Source of the DNA: Octopus vulgaris
Lineage: Eukaryota
Reading direction: 5' to 3'
Assembly (NCBI GenBank): GCA_951406725.2
Contig: OX597823.1
Coordinates: 93,248,001-93,312,000 of the forward strand
DNA length: 64,000 nucleotides
Shown here piece after piece: positions 24,820 through 39,387 of the stretch. The notes under the pieces are model-generated. The model saw only the letters and a list, made by a program, of their open reading frames with translations, had not been told where the DNA came from and searched no databases. Each line of letters starts with the position of its first letter. Position 1 is the first letter of the stretch. A program made the translations under genes and the position numbers.

Positions 24820-25625
24820 GTGTTCGTGTTGAGTGAGTTGTATTTAGGTATAAGTTGGCTTATCTGGTACTCCTTGAAGAAATTTGTCCAAATTCCATTT
24901 ATAAGTGATGGAACACTTTTCCTGTTTGATCAGCATCGGGACAATTTTATATAGGGCAGGGCCTTTTGAGGAAAAGAAATTATGTTGCAGTGTATATATG
25001 TGGTGTGATCATCAGTTGTGTAGGGGTCATACGTTCTTTAAAATAATTCTGAAACTACGGCCTTGAAAATAATTCTGAAAATAAGGCCTTGAAAATAATT
25101 CTAAAAATAAGGCGTTGAAAATAATTCTGAAAATAAGGCCATGAAAATAATTCTGAAAATTCGGCCTTGAAAATAATTCTGAAAATACGGCCTTGAAAAT
25201 AATTCTGAAAATAATTTTGAGATCGTTTGGGCAATGCAGGTGGTTTATTCTCCTCATCGGGAAAATGACGTATCATTCAAGGCGACCGGAAGGTTCTTAG
25301 CATCAAGGAGCTCATCATACGAGCTATATCAACCTTATTGTTGATGTGGGCACTCCAGCTATGATTATTGTCAACAATTACTCCTAAGTCTCTGATATTA
25401 TTAAATGATGTGACTGGTTCGCGTAAAGGAAGAGTGTAAGGCTATTTTAGCATAGTCTTTGTTCAAAAATGCATCAGCTCAAATTTTCCCTAGTTTACTT
25501 GCATTTTGCTTTGTCTGCTCATTGACTTACAGTATGGAGATAAGACTGAATTTAAGTTGAATCTTTTTTCTCTGTTGACAATTTTCTGGAGCTTGGGGGT
25601 CATCAGTAAATATTTTCACTTAGAT
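24820..25625 (-). pseudogene. CR1-like LINE RT/C-terminal fragment
   Basis: Minus frames VKIFTDD, RDLGVIVDNNHSWSAHINNKV and GPALYKIVP..WNLDKFLQGVPDKP. Confidence 0.7.
25039..25218. repeat. 26-bp minisatellite (~6.5 copies) inside the LINE fragment
   Basis: Unit aaaataattctgaaaata(a/c)ggccttg. Confidence 0.9.
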
Positions 25626-25967
25626 GTGCTTATATATATATATATATATATATAGTGCAAAGAAAGAGAGGGGTTATGGGTAACACACTATGGGATATAA
25701 TTTATACAGTATACTGTTGATAAAGTGCCCAAATTCTTAATACATGAATGTTTTTAATTGCAACGTAAGAGGTAATTAGGATTTCATTAATTATGACTTT
25801 TAAAACTATGACTTTTAAAATCTGTATTTGTATTATTATCTTAACTATTGATTTATATATTTTTGTATGCTTTTGATGTTCTCATTTGCAAAATTAATAA
25901 ATAATCCAGCATTATATTATCCGTAAGTTGATGAACAAACCAAATTTGTTTCTCCATTTTTATTATT

Positions 25968-26062
<95 letters not shown>

Positions 26063-26529
26063 TTATATATATATATGTGTGTGTGTGTGCATGCGTATTA
26101 TTGTGCCTGGGGAGTTTCTTTCTCTTTTAGTGTCTTATTAAGTTTTCCACTCATCTATTTATTTTAGCTAAAATTTTCATTGCGACTTCCAACCTTTTCA
26201 GTAGTCACTGAGTCTGTCCGTTATCAGAATTGCGTTCTTTATTTTTTTGTAGCCATGCGTGTGCGTTAGCGTGTGTGTGTATATATATGTATGTATGCAT
26301 TTATGTGTGTATGCATACTCATATGTATGCATGCATGCACGTTTGTATGCATGCATGCATGTATGTATGTATGTATGTATGTATGTAATCTGCATATTTG
26401 TGTGTATGCATATATGTGTGTGCATGCATATATATATGTGTATCCATGTGTGTACAGTTGTATGTATGTATATATGTGTGTATGCGTGTGTTTGTGCCTG
26501 TCTGTCCATATTTCCTATTTAATACTGGT

Positions 26530-27725
26530 GATGTTTCATTAATGATGATGTACTCTTCTATCTGTCTGAGTGTTGTGTCATTCGGGTGCTTGGATAAAAT
26601 GCGGATGTCAAGTTGACCCAGTGTGCCTCCATATTGGTGGGATATGAAGGATCGTTTTTGTCGTCATATTGTTTCAGTCTCAGGGGTTCATTTAGTCTAT
26701 CCTTAATGTCCTAGATGTCTCACCTTATATATTATGTTTTTGTCTTTGCAAGCGCCCTCTATGCACCTTATGCACTTCTAGTTCTACAGTTAATGCCAGG
26801 TTTAATCTTACATACTATGCAGTTATCATTGGTGCCTTTGGTATTCTCAAAGGAGTACATCCTTCATAGTTGTGATCTGATGGAGCTCCCTGGCTTTTCA
26901 ACGATCCTAATCTTGATTTAAGCCTCCTTTAGATTGTTCCTAAATGTACGAGTTTGTTATCAATGGGCTGAGGCCTCTACAAACATCACCCCTTGATATC
27001 TGTCGGTCCTGAACCACGTATTCACCTTGTTTGCTTTGTTAGAAACTCCTTGTATCGCATTCCAATCTTTACTTCTATATCTATTGCAGGTACCATTGGT
27101 TTCATTACTTATAATGCTAACCTCTTTCTAGCACCCCTGTATATCCGATCTCTATCTTTCTGATCATATCGAGAGAACTGTATGTGGTGCATGAAGTTCC
27201 GTTCATGCTGCTTCGTTTCACAGGATTCGCATAGGGGGGACACGCTCTCAATTATCCTCACTAGGTCTGCTATCAGTTTGTTGATTTTTATGCTGTGTGA
27301 CAAAACTGAGTTCTTGTGAACAACATATTTAGAAGCTATAGGTTTCATGTAGTATATGTGAAGAAGCTGCATTCTGTTGTTCACAGTCTCTAACCAAATT
27401 TCAGTATCAAGGACAGGGAGCCTATTGTGAGAGTTCCTATTGGGGTAATCTATAGTTCCTTTGATAATTTGGTGCATGGAGTTAGTTACATGCTGGATGT
27501 TCTACGTTATGCTCCTCTCCGTTTCTACATGGTGGTTATTAGAGTCTATCCTAATTAGAGCGTCAATATCATCTACATACCTACAGTAAAGTAAAACATT
27601 ACTGGATTGTTTTCCTAAGGATCGTTTTAGTTTCCTGTACCACTAAGTCCCGAAGAAGCCGGCCTCATCTCTAGCCACACCGATACCAATAGCTTCACCT
27701 TGAACATGCATGTATAGTTTGTTGT
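26530..27725 (-). pseudogene. Decayed PLE of a second, unrelated family (RT motifs B-E, thumb, GIY-YIG remnant)
   Basis: QGEAIGIG, YCRYVDD, DYPNRNSHNRLPVLD, YYMKPIASKYVV, then CIVC..NCRT and a GETSR-like remnant, with multiple stops. Confidence 0.75.
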
Positions 27726-28098
27726 TAGGTATATATATATATATGATACAAATAAGAACATGGAGAAACAAATTCGGTTAGTTCATCAACTTACGGATAT
27801 TATAATGTTGGATATTTATTATTTTACAAATGAGAACATCAAAAGCATACAAAAATATATAAATCAATAGATAAGATAATAATACAAATACAGATTTTAA
27901 AAGTCATATTATAAATTAATGAAGAACAAACTAAATTTGTTTCTCCATTTTCTTATTTGTATTATAAATTTGCGGTAAAATATTTCTTTACCTTCACCCG
28001 TTTAAAGCAATAAATGAATTAATTGCATTACGAACAGTATATTGGATAAATGATATCCCATAGTGGGTTACACTCATAACCCATTTCTTACTTTGTAC

Positions 28099-28129
<31 letters not shown>

Positions 28130-28281
28130 CTATGAATGTAAGTATGTAATGCTTCTTACAACAGAAAGAGCTATAAAGCGTTTACGCAACTCCTGTTTTA
28201 TTCTTTTCATCATATATATATATATATGTTTATATATATACATGTACACGCCGAACACATCTATCTTTATATATATACATA

Positions 28282-28350
<69 letters not shown>

Positions 28351-28583
28351 TTATATATGAGGATAATATCGATATTTAAGTGTCGAAATTATCAAGTGGC
28401 CAGCATGAGAGAAATACCTTACAAAGGTAAAAAAATTTTAACAATTAAAAATGAGGGTGTCTAAAAGACACCAACATGCCGAAATAGCAGTCGAAACACT
28501 GGCTATAGTACCACGTTAAATGTTCATATCGCACCATGAGGTAAAGCGGAGGGACAAAACATACAAGCAAAAATTATTGAATA

Positions 28584-28643
28584 ATTCAAGATCCAAGGAT
28601 TTCTGGTTCTGCTTTAGATAAGCTTTACCGTCATCAATTGAAT
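28584..28643 (-). ncRNA. Type I hammerhead, inverted copy
   Basis: Reverse complement of 29014-29073. Confidence 0.75.
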
Positions 28644-29013
28644 ATATCAAGGGTACATAAATACAGATATATATATATGCACAGCAAACGATATACTTAC
28701 ATATACGAGCGTCGTACATACATACATATGCACGTATGGACACAGCCAGTTTGAGTCACCCGCCAAATCACCGCATAAGTACGATATGGTTAAAATAAGC
28801 ACCGCAGTGAATATAATAACGAATTATATAAATTTATATATGAGGATAATATCGATATTTAAGTGTCGAAATTATCAAGTGGCCAGCATGATTTGGCGGG
28901 TGACTCAAACTGGCTGTGTCCATACGTGCATATGTATGTATGTACGACGCTCGTATATGTAAGTATATCGTTTGCTGTGCATATATATATCTGTATTTAT
29001 GTACCCTTGATAT

Positions 29014-29073
29014 ATTCAATTGATGACGGTAAAGCTTATCTAAAGCAGAACCAGAAATCCTTGGATCTTGAAT
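29014..29073 (+). ncRNA. Type I hammerhead (TTGATGA core variant)
   Basis: ATTCAA-TTGATGA-cGGT..GCTT..AAGC..ACCa-GAAA-TCC TT GGA-TC-TTGAAT; AUC cleavage triplet. Confidence 0.75.
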
Positions 29074-29209
29074 TATTCAATAATTTTTGCTTGTATGTTT
29101 TGTCCCTCCGCTTTACCTCATGGTGCGATATGAACATTTAACGTGGTACTATAGCCAGTGTTTCGACTGCTATTTCGGCATGTTGGTGTCTTTTAGACAC
29201 CCTCATTTT

Positions 29210-29408
<199 letters not shown>

Positions 29409-30707
29409 TAGATATATACAGGCAAACATGGAGTATGATTAGGTCCGTACCCTTCCTAGATAGCAATTTGAGTAACTAAACACATTCATGCTTAAACAAA
29501 CAATTGAAATATTATATTCTAAATATTGAAATAAGCTGAGGTCTTGAAGCATAAACCGATATGTCATTGAAAGAATCCTGTTATTTATGTAAATTATTGA
29601 TCCTGGTAATTGGGCACAAATTCAAAGATGTTCTGGTTTCGTTGATACAGAGTCAATATAAATTGCTCCAATACATGTGAATTATATATTTTATGAAAAT
29701 ATTGAACAAGCTTTGAATCATATTTCCCAATATCGATTTAATCATATATATTATATGTAAATATTTATTACACATGCGGAAAATGATATCTACTTTTGCT
29801 ATATACCTACACAACTTTAAGATACATGTGCAGTCAATAGACTAGATATTATCAAGTGCTTATTTCGTTAAACGTTGATGCATGAAACGAACGAATTTCA
29901 ATTGGGAACGTGAAGGATGTAGAAAATGGCTGAAATATATCTTTTTCAGATACATTCATTCGTATTTTCTTTCTTGCTTTTTATTTAAACATTTTAATCG
30001 ATCGTAGTGTTTTAAACTTCTTCTTCACTTTCTTTTTCTTTTTTTTTTTTGTAGCTGCTCTATTCTTCTTCGAAATTGAATGAATTTTATATCGCTTCAG
30101 ACAGGACGATGGAGTGCCATGGAGAAAAAAAAATGAACGACGAATTTCTCTGAGAACCCAATAGAAGAGTGATTGTTGCCATCCTGCTTGTTGACACAGA
30201 AATCACCGGACCAATGCAAAACACTCTACTGCATCATGCTACACGGCATTACGCTCTCTCTCGTACAATGCTTGTTATCAGAACATTGTAACGAAATAAT
30301 GACTACAGCACTGTTCTTCCTATTGTACCACATCTTTGCAGCAGAAAACTGTGTAGAAATGTTCTAATATAGTACAGTATATTACCAGCTTACACAATAA
30401 AATGCAATTTACAGCTATTTTACAATACGATCCCTTGTATGGTAATACATAGCGCAGCATTTTCTAAACTACATAGCACTCTATTGCGAAACACTATACT
30501 TCCAGACAATATATTATTGTACTGCAGTGGATTTCCTACAGTTTATTAAATGCTGTTATTTTGCACTAGACAGCACTGAATCTTAAGCTGTATGGACTGC
30601 CTGGTACGGTGTTAAAGAACATTGCGCACGACACAGCGCTGTTAAACACAAGGGATCCTAATGCTGATCACGCTATGTTACATTAAAGGTTTCCATTCTA
30701 AAAAAGG

Positions 30708-31024
30708 AGCACTCCGTCGGTTACAACGACGATGGTCCCAGCTGATACGATCAACGGAACAGCCTGCTCATGAAATTAACGTACAAGTGGCTGAACACTC
30801 CACAGACACGTACACCCTTAACGTAGTTCTGAGGGAGATTCAGCGTGACACAGACTGTGACAAGGCTGGCCCTTTGAAATGCAGGTACAACTCATTTTTG
30901 CCAGCTGAGTGAACTGGAGCAACGTAAAATAAAGTGTCTTGCTCAAGGACACAGCACATCGCTGGCAATTGAACTCACGACCTTACAATTATGAGTCGAA
31001 TGCCCTAACCACTAAGCCACGCGC
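30708..31024 (-). mobile_element. tRNA-derived SINE
   Basis: Minus head TGGCTTAGTGG (A box)...GAGTTCAATT (B box). 3' body shared with 39388-39718, 62280-62840, 63396-63739 and 34320-34430. Confidence 0.8.
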
Positions 31025-31380
31025 ATTTACAAAGGTTTCCATTACACAGTGATGTATTATATTACGCGACAAATACGCCACTGCAGGACAAGGCACTCAA
31101 CTTGTTCTCTACTTCGCTACACAGCATAAAAGAATATATAAGCATCCTTTTATTTTCTGCCTGTCAACACATCAGATCTTGTGTTGAACTACATACATTT
31201 ACATCGAGGATTTCAAATTCTTTCAAATGCAATTTGTCTTTCATTCTTTAGGACTTCGTAAAATTGTTGCAAGATAATAGAGTTGATTTGAATTACTGAA
31301 TACCGAAGTCTATTGTCTCCTGTCAATCTAGACATCTAGACACTAATGTTTGCATTGATTGAATATAATACAGGTACAAT

Positions 31381-31745
31381 CATGGCTCTGTAATAAGAAG
31401 CTTGTTTCTCAATTATAAGGCGTGGCACCTTAGGCAACTGTTTTTCTACTATAGCCTCGAGCCGACTAAAGCCTTATGAATGGACTTCATAGACGGAAAC
31501 TGAAAGAAGCCTCTTGTATATGTCTGTGTGTGTATGTGTGTTTGCCCTCCACTGCCGTTTGAAAGTCGGTGGTCATGTGTTTGTGCCCCCTTTATCTAGC
31601 GGTTCGGCAAAACAGACTCATAGAACAAGTACCAGGCTTTAAAAAAAGCATAAGCATTTGAGTCGATTTGTTCGACTAAAACGTCTTTAAGGCGGTGCCC
31701 CAGCATGGCCAGTCTCCAATGGCTGAAACGCGTAAATAGTAAGAG
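31381..31745 (+). mobile_element. SINE (family of 54680-55075 and 37800-37950)
   Basis: Shared gtggcaccttaggcaactg..ctatagcc..gacggaaactgaaagaagcc and cagcatggcc..ctgaaac tail. Confidence 0.7.
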
Positions 31746-32739
31746 ACAAAAGATATTGTGACAGGATATAAATCGTAAAACTATGGGACTGAATGCAATG
31801 TATTCAGCACGAAGTCTCACCACGTTTTCTTCTCAGCTGAAATCGTTGTCCACGCTACATTCCATACGCCAAGCTCGTCCAAGGGGCAATACCGAGCACA
31901 AACTGACATATAATTATTGTTTGCTAAAAGAAACCATCAATGAAGGAAGATTTACGTCATTCCGTGGCAATAAAAACGCACATTAGCATCAGCCAAACAA
32001 TAATTAAATTTTCATGATTCGTTTAAAAAAACATAACTGCAGCATTGATAAAATTTCCCCCTTGTTTAGTAATCTTTTGAGTTCATAAAATAACATGTAA
32101 TGATAGGTTTTATGTGTACACCAATGACTAATTATCTTACTTTTATCACACGATACCTTTTAAGAAATATATGCTTCATCTCACCAAATATATGCTTCAT
32201 CTCATGCGGTCAAGGCCTGCCCAATTTGTTTTTGTTGATTTTCCAGTTTTTCATACGTGCCAGAGCCAGCTATTATGCATCATACTAACTGATTTTCGAA
32301 TTTTTTTCTGCTGTTCGTATGGGGATTATGCTACGTACCTTGTAAATATTGTTGATGTCTTATCTTCGTATCTGTATTTTGGTACAATTTCAAGCAGAAC
32401 CGTAATTATTTTGCTGTATAATAAAACACAGGTCTGATAATGACATACGGCCTGTCGTACAATGTTGTTAACGTTCTCGTATGTCCTCTATTAGCTGCAA
32501 TTCAGATCGCTATTGAAGCGCTGTCAACATACGTCTCCGTTTAGTTTTTGACATTTTGCTTTAGCAAGACAATTTCACAAGAGAAATAGAGGAATGAATA
32601 AAACCGATGACATCCATGAACAAGAACTAAATATTCAGATAAAAGGAAAATGTGATCAAGCAAATGACTTGTGATGTGACGATTATGTTACAACATAGGA
32701 AACGATTTCATATCTATCTACCTGTCAAATTGTCTGTCC

Positions 32740-32833
<94 letters not shown>

Positions 32834-33011
32834 TTATCTATCTATCTAATCTATCTATCTATGTATCTGTCTATCTATCTGTCTATCTATCTATCTGTCT
32901 ATCTGTCTGTCTGTCTATCTATCTACGTCTCTATCTATCTGTTTCTCTCTTTCTCTTTTCCCTCTCTCACTATCTATCTGTATATCCCTCTCTCTCTCAC
33001 TCTCTCTCACG

Positions 33012-33072
<61 letters not shown>

Positions 33073-33087
33073 AAGGACCAGCTGAAG

Positions 33088-33560
33088 TTAGGTACTAATT
33101 AGAGCGGTTCAAGATTAGTGTTGATAAACACCGAGCGTACTTTTGCGTCATTCCAATACATATATACATACATATGCGTGCGTGTGTGTATCTGTGCGAG
33201 TGTGTGCGTGCATTTGTTTGTATGTGTGTTTTGTGCGCATTGGGTTGGCCAAAATGTCCGATCGATGTTTGTCAACACTAAACTTCAACCACTTTAATGA
33301 GTAGCTAATTTCAGCTTCTCCCTTGCGAATCCGCACTCATTAGACAATTGACGCTTCAACATAGTTCGAAGTGAAGTTCCAACGTGACAAGTCGTATTCT
33401 GTGTGCTTCGAATCACCTTCAAAATGGAGAACCAAGACGAACATATTCGACGCCTCATACATTCTATTTTGTTTAAAAGGCTAGAAAGCGGTTGGAACAC
33501 ACAGTGTGATATGCGTTCTGTAGTGAGAGGATGCTGTTATGGATCGTGTGACAGAACTGC
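33088..33560 (+). mobile_element. Mariner remnants: TIR + transposase N-terminus (33240-33560) and an oppositely oriented TIR copy (33088-33158)
   Basis: attgggttggccaaaa TIR-like start and MENQDEHIRR..F. 33088-33158 is a diverged reverse complement of 33239-33310. Confidence 0.55.
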
Positions 33561-33725
33561 TTTTCAAGATTTTGATCGCAACATTCTTCGGCTCAAATTG
33601 CATCTCGCTTCAGCTGTTTCTTTTTCATCACTGCTCGACACTGGTTGATAAAATGAGTACCAAGCGAAAACCGAGTTCGACTGGAATCCTCCGCGAACAG
33701 TGTCAGACTCTAAGCCTAGAGTCAA

Positions 33726-33773
<48 letters not shown>

Positions 33774-35289
33774 TAACTAATTTGACCCGTGAAAAATTCA
33801 ATGAAAACAAAATTTAAGCATCTGTAAACAGTGTACTGGTGCCATGAGAAATATTTGTTTATTACGACCGTCTGTTTTTACGTTCTGAGTTCAAATTATC
33901 CCGAGATCGCCTTTGCATTTCGTCCTTTCGGAGTCGATAAATTAGGTATCAGTTGTTTACTAGGTCAATCTAATCAACTGACCCCCTCCTCATAACAAAT
34001 TCAGGCCTAGAAAAGTATATTGTTACAGTTACAGAATATAGAAAGTAACGTAACACCAATGACTAATATAATCCAACCAAAACATCTCCGTTGCACAAAC
34101 ATAAACGGAATTACTATTTAACCTTAAAATACATCGTGCATATTCAAAGAACCTCAATGTACAAATTGAGATGCAAAAGAACAAAATAATAAATGGATTT
34201 ATGAATGAAAGGTTGGTAAGTGCGTTTATTTCCACCAAGCGACACCTATTATTGCAAACATGTTTTAAGTAACCTAAACTATACACACATACAAATACAT
34301 TCATATATATATATATATATCTCCAGTTGTAGCTGTAATTCCGGCTTTGTCATATTCTGCGTGACGCTGAATCTCTCTGAAAACTACGTTAAAGTTATGC
34401 ATTTCACTGGAGTTCTCAGCCATTTGTGAGTTATTTTTTATCCTCGTGTGACAATGAAAAGAGAAATTGACATCCAATATTTGCTGTGTGCATGTATCTA
34501 TGTGTGAACTTTTCTTTGGTTTTACATATCTGTCGTCTCTCTCACTTTCTTTCTCTTTCACTTCCTTTGTGTCCCTCTTCTATCCCGCATTTGATTTAAC
34601 AATGTGTATATGTATCTATATACCTACTTCTCTAGCGATGTGAGAAGCATTTAAAAACACAAAACGAACGTTGTCACCACTCACTGCCTCTTTCACGTTT
34701 TCTATTTCTCTCTCACTATTTCTCTCTCTCTCTCACTTTCAAAACGAACGCTGTCACCACTCACTGTCTCTTTCACCCTCTCTCTCTCTCTTTCTCTCTT
34801 ACCTCCTCTCTGGAACATTTAAAAACACGAAACGAACACTGTCAGTACTCAATTTCTCTTTCACTCTCTCTCTCTTTCTCCTTCACTGTCACTTTCTCCC
34901 TCACTCTACCTTTCTCTCTCACTTTCTGTTACGTCCTCTCTATTCCTCTCTCGCTTTGCCACTACTTTGAAGTGTGACACACACAACAGGTACCTCAAAA
35001 CCAAAGAAGTTAGTGTATTAATATTATTGATAATAATAATATTATCACTTCTACGAAAGGTACAAGACATGAAATATTCTTGTAGTGGAGTCGTCAATTA
35101 CATCGACCCCAGTTTTTTTACTGGTGTTTAATTTATTGATCCAGAAACGTTCCGTATTGAAATGCCGCTGAGGACTAATTTGCATTTCGGGTTCGATTAA
35201 TTAAGTACCAGTTGCGTACTGGGGTCGAGCTAATCGACTTGTCCCCGTCCCACAAATTTCAGGCCTCGTGCCTATAGCAGAGAAGATTT

Positions 35290-35304
35290 TCCTTATTATT
35301 ATTA

Positions 35305-35335
<31 letters not shown>

Positions 35336-35386
35336 CATTATTATTATTATCATCATCATCATCATCGTCATCATTATCATCATCAC

Positions 35387-35443
<57 letters not shown>

Positions 35444-35462
35444 TATCATCATCATCATCATA
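35290..35462. repeat. (ATT)n/(CAT)n microsatellite
   Basis: Seen directly. Confidence 0.95.
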
Positions 35463-36653
35463 TGTTGTTGCTTTACACAACTTTTATCGTGTCCGGTTTA
35501 CCAATGCTTCCTTTCAACTTACATCTCGGATTTAATGAACTTTTATTATAAAAGTATTTTGCACTTCGTATTTCTTCTAACACTGTATTTAAGATTTTCC
35601 CGTTTGATTCTAGTTAAAACTAGTAAACGTTCATTCTGCGCTAGCACCTACGCTCAGGTCAAGATCGAATTTTACACGTCTTTTACTGAAATAATACTTG
35701 TTCACAATATTTAAAGCGCCAGTTATAATGAACAGCATCATGATCTTTCTAACTTCTCTGTTCCAGCACCCAAGGATTTCTTTTTTACTTGAAGCCGATT
35801 TACATTTTTCCTCTCTTTTGACTCAGATAGCAAAAGCACATGTTCCGCCGATTACAAAGCATACATCCTTCTTCTTATCACCGACTGCAATATCCATACA
35901 TTTGCGTTCTATTCTCCTTTCTGTTTGTATAGTTAAGTTCCACAGGAACATCACTTCATCGCTTGCAAAGGATTGCATCTCTATTCTCACAAAATGGTTA
36001 TCACTTTTTTGTTTTCTTTACATGAAAAACCAAATTTCCTGCAAAACCAAATTTCCTGCAAAACGTTCAGTGCATTATTGCCGCAATCTTATCAGGCCCA
36101 CACATTTTTTAATTCATTGTCAGCTAACTACCGTAATTCCGATCCAATGCAAACTATAACCTCATCTGAATCATTAGGCATTCTACATTTCCGTGAACAT
36201 TTCTGCTGATTTCTTAACCGCTTCTTTAAATTTACTCCCAGGGCTTGTCCTTGCGCTGCCAAACTCATTCAGGGGCTCTCATTTCTTCAATATTCCTTTC
36301 TTAGTTATAGCCACCTTTCAATGTCTTCATTTATTTCTTTTGTACTTGCTCACTATTATTATTATATTCTATTATTGTTATCGTTATCCTTATTATTATT
36401 AGTAGTAGTAGTAGGAGGAGGGGGGAGGGGGAGGGGGAGGGGAAGAAGAGGAGGAGTATAAAGGGTGTCGGTGATAAGCAGTATCTTTATAGATGGCGCC
36501 AAGATGGCAAAATCATTGGAACGCCGGGCATATTGCATAGCGGTATTTCGTCCATCGACAGTATTTCGGGGTCGATTGAATAAGTAACAGTTACGCACTA
36601 GGGTCGATATAATCGACTTAATCCGTTGTATAAACATGTGTGCGCGTGTGTGT

Positions 36654-36694
<41 letters not shown>

Positions 36695-37121
36695 ACGTGC
36701 TAAGGATATAGCTGTGTAACGTGCTAAGCATATAGATGTTTAAGGTACTAAGGATATAGCTATTTCTGGCATTAAAAATAATCTCTAAAACAATTTGGAA
36801 TTAAATTGATTACACTAATGATAATAAACAACTAATTCCAATCGTACTGACAGTTGTAAATAAGTGGTTGTAAATACAGCATCAACACAAAATTACTTAC
36901 GTCGAAAACTTATCGGCTCTGGACATCAAAATCCCATCCAATTATATTTTGCTCAAATTAACTATTTTATCGTTGCATAGAATTTATCTTTTCCGCTGAC
37001 ATAAGATTCATAGATTACTACAATATATGAAATTGAATTAATTTTCCAAATAAGTAAATTGGTTGTGTCACAAAATAATACATATCTTCTAAAATATTTC
37101 AAACATTGTCACGAACTAACG

Positions 37122-37300
<179 letters not shown>

Positions 37301-37494
37301 TAGATATAACTATAGATATAGCTGTAAATGGGTAAACCTGCGACGGTGCCTTCCGATCAGAGATGTTGGTCCACTTGTTCTTGCCAGTGGAGTGACATCA
37401 TTCGAAAGCTAAAACGATGCAAAGTGCATTGTGGCAAGCGATGTATAACATCATCTGATAGTCTGATCGATCTCCTGATCCCGTGATACACATT

Positions 37495-37526
<32 letters not shown>

Positions 37527-37626
37527 AACACACTCACACATAAGCACACATATATACATACTTCAGCAAAATACGTGGTCCGTTAGCGATTTTTTCTCCT
37601 CCTTCTTTAGAATTTTCTCTTTCTCT

Positions 37627-37659
37627 TTTCCGACGAAGAGCTATGCTCGAAACGTTAAA
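37627..37659 (+). ncRNA. Minimal type I hammerhead, CCGACGA core variant
   Basis: TTT-CCGACGA-A-GAGC TAT GCTC-GAAA-CG-TT-AAA. Confidence 0.6.
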
Positions 37660-38326
37660 CTCTCCCCTTTCACCGAACGTCAGGCTAATACATTTCCTCA
37701 TGTTCGTTGTTTTTCCTCTTTTTTCTCGTCTTTTTTCGTTTATTTGAATTATTTGCTTATTTGAATTATGTGTGTGTGTGTGTGTGTATGTGTGCATATA
37801 CCCGGTAGTCTAACAAATCCACTCGCAAGGCTTTTGTCGGCCGATGGCTAAAGTAGAGAAGAAACCTCCCCAAAATCCCAAGCAATGAGACTGAACCCGG
37901 AACCATGAAGTTGGAAAGCAAACTTCTTACCACAAAACCACGCCGGTGCCTAAATATTAGTTTTATTCAATTATTTGTATTTATTCATTATTTTCATTTA
38001 ATTAAGGAATTTGCAACCACTTTGTTGCTGTTAAGAAATTGAATTTGTTCAGCTTCGTTAAGTTTTCATGTCTAGCCCAATTTATTGCAAATTTTTGCTT
38101 TACAACCATTCTTTGCATTGCGTCGATTTCAATCACACCTCATAAACGAACCCAATTATATAAAACTCATGATTCTTTTTACGATCCTGCTTTATCATTT
38201 TATAGTTCTACATTATTTATATCTACTTCACATTTATTGTGTAATTATTATTCTATTTCTGTTATTTATATTCCAAAGAATCAAATTCCACAAAATCATT
38301 TTTATTATTGTGCAACAAGATTAACG

Positions 38327-38720
38327 AGGTGAGATGGCAGAAACGTTAGCACGCCGGGAGAAATGCTTTGCGGTATTTCGTCTGTCGCTACTTTCTGAGT
38401 TCAAATTCTGCCGAGGTCGATATGCCTTTCATCCTTTCGAGGCCGATAAATTAAGTACCAGTTACTCACCAGTGATATATTCGACTTAATCCGTTTGTCT
38501 GTCCTTGTTTGTCCTCTCTGTGTTTAGCCCCTTGTGGGTACTAAAGAAATAGATATTTCGTCTGTCTTTACCTTCTGAGTTCAAATTCTGCTGAGGTCGA
38601 CTTTGCCTTTCATCCTTTCGGAGTCCATAGATTAAGTAACAGTTGCATACTGGAGTGGATCTAATCGACTGGTCCCTCCCAAAAACATTTCGGACCTTCT
38701 GCCTAAACTAGAAAAGAATA
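38327..38720 (+). mobile_element. tRNA-derived SINE with internal duplication (relatives 42305-42700, 50287-50575, 60347-60560, 62390-62630 minus, 35195-35285, 33870-34010, 36500-36630)
   Basis: TGGCAGAAACG A-box-like and GAGTTCAAATTC B box, body gaggtcgactttgcctttcatcctttcgg..taagtaccagtt repeated twice. Confidence 0.8.
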
Positions 38721-39387
38721 TACTACTACGACGACGACGACGACTACTGCTGCTGCTACTACTACTACTAGTACTAGTACTCTAGTCAATTTGAGCGGAA
38801 TTTGAACTCAGATCTTAAATACGCACGAAATGTCTCTAAGCATTTCGTCAGAGTTTTAAACATTGCGCTTGCTCACTTCCTTAATCGTAACTTGTAATTA
38901 CTTATTCAGGGTGTCTCAGAGATGACCGGTAATAAAGTCACAGTTTTGGCTAAGAAAAAAGTCACAATTAAATTATGGGATCTGAACAAAACCCTTCTAG
39001 GACAAAACCCTCCAGACAAAACTCCTGTGGCATTTTATCCGTGACTTTTTTCCTGTAACTTTATTACCTGGATTCGTTTCAGAAGTAACTATCTATTTTA
39101 TAGAAATTGAGAAAATTAAAAAAGAAAAAAAGACGGACAGAATTTCGTGTTTATTACTTAATTATGGTACCAAAGCAAATATATTTATAAAACTTACGTC
39201 AAAACATGAACTTTTTGAAGCATTTCAGGAGTGATTTCGTCCGCTACTTATAAAATGCATTCTTGAAAATCACCTGAACTATTGCCCCAACCTGGGATGG
39301 AGGGAGAGAAAATGATTGCGACAAAATTGAAAAAGAGCTATCAATATCCAATGATATACTCATCTTAATCTACCTGTAACCTTAATC

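Noticed and set aside
25920-25955. TTGATGA + hairpin as a hammerhead in the fold-back family (also ~27760-27795)
   Set aside because: GAAA and stem III are absent.
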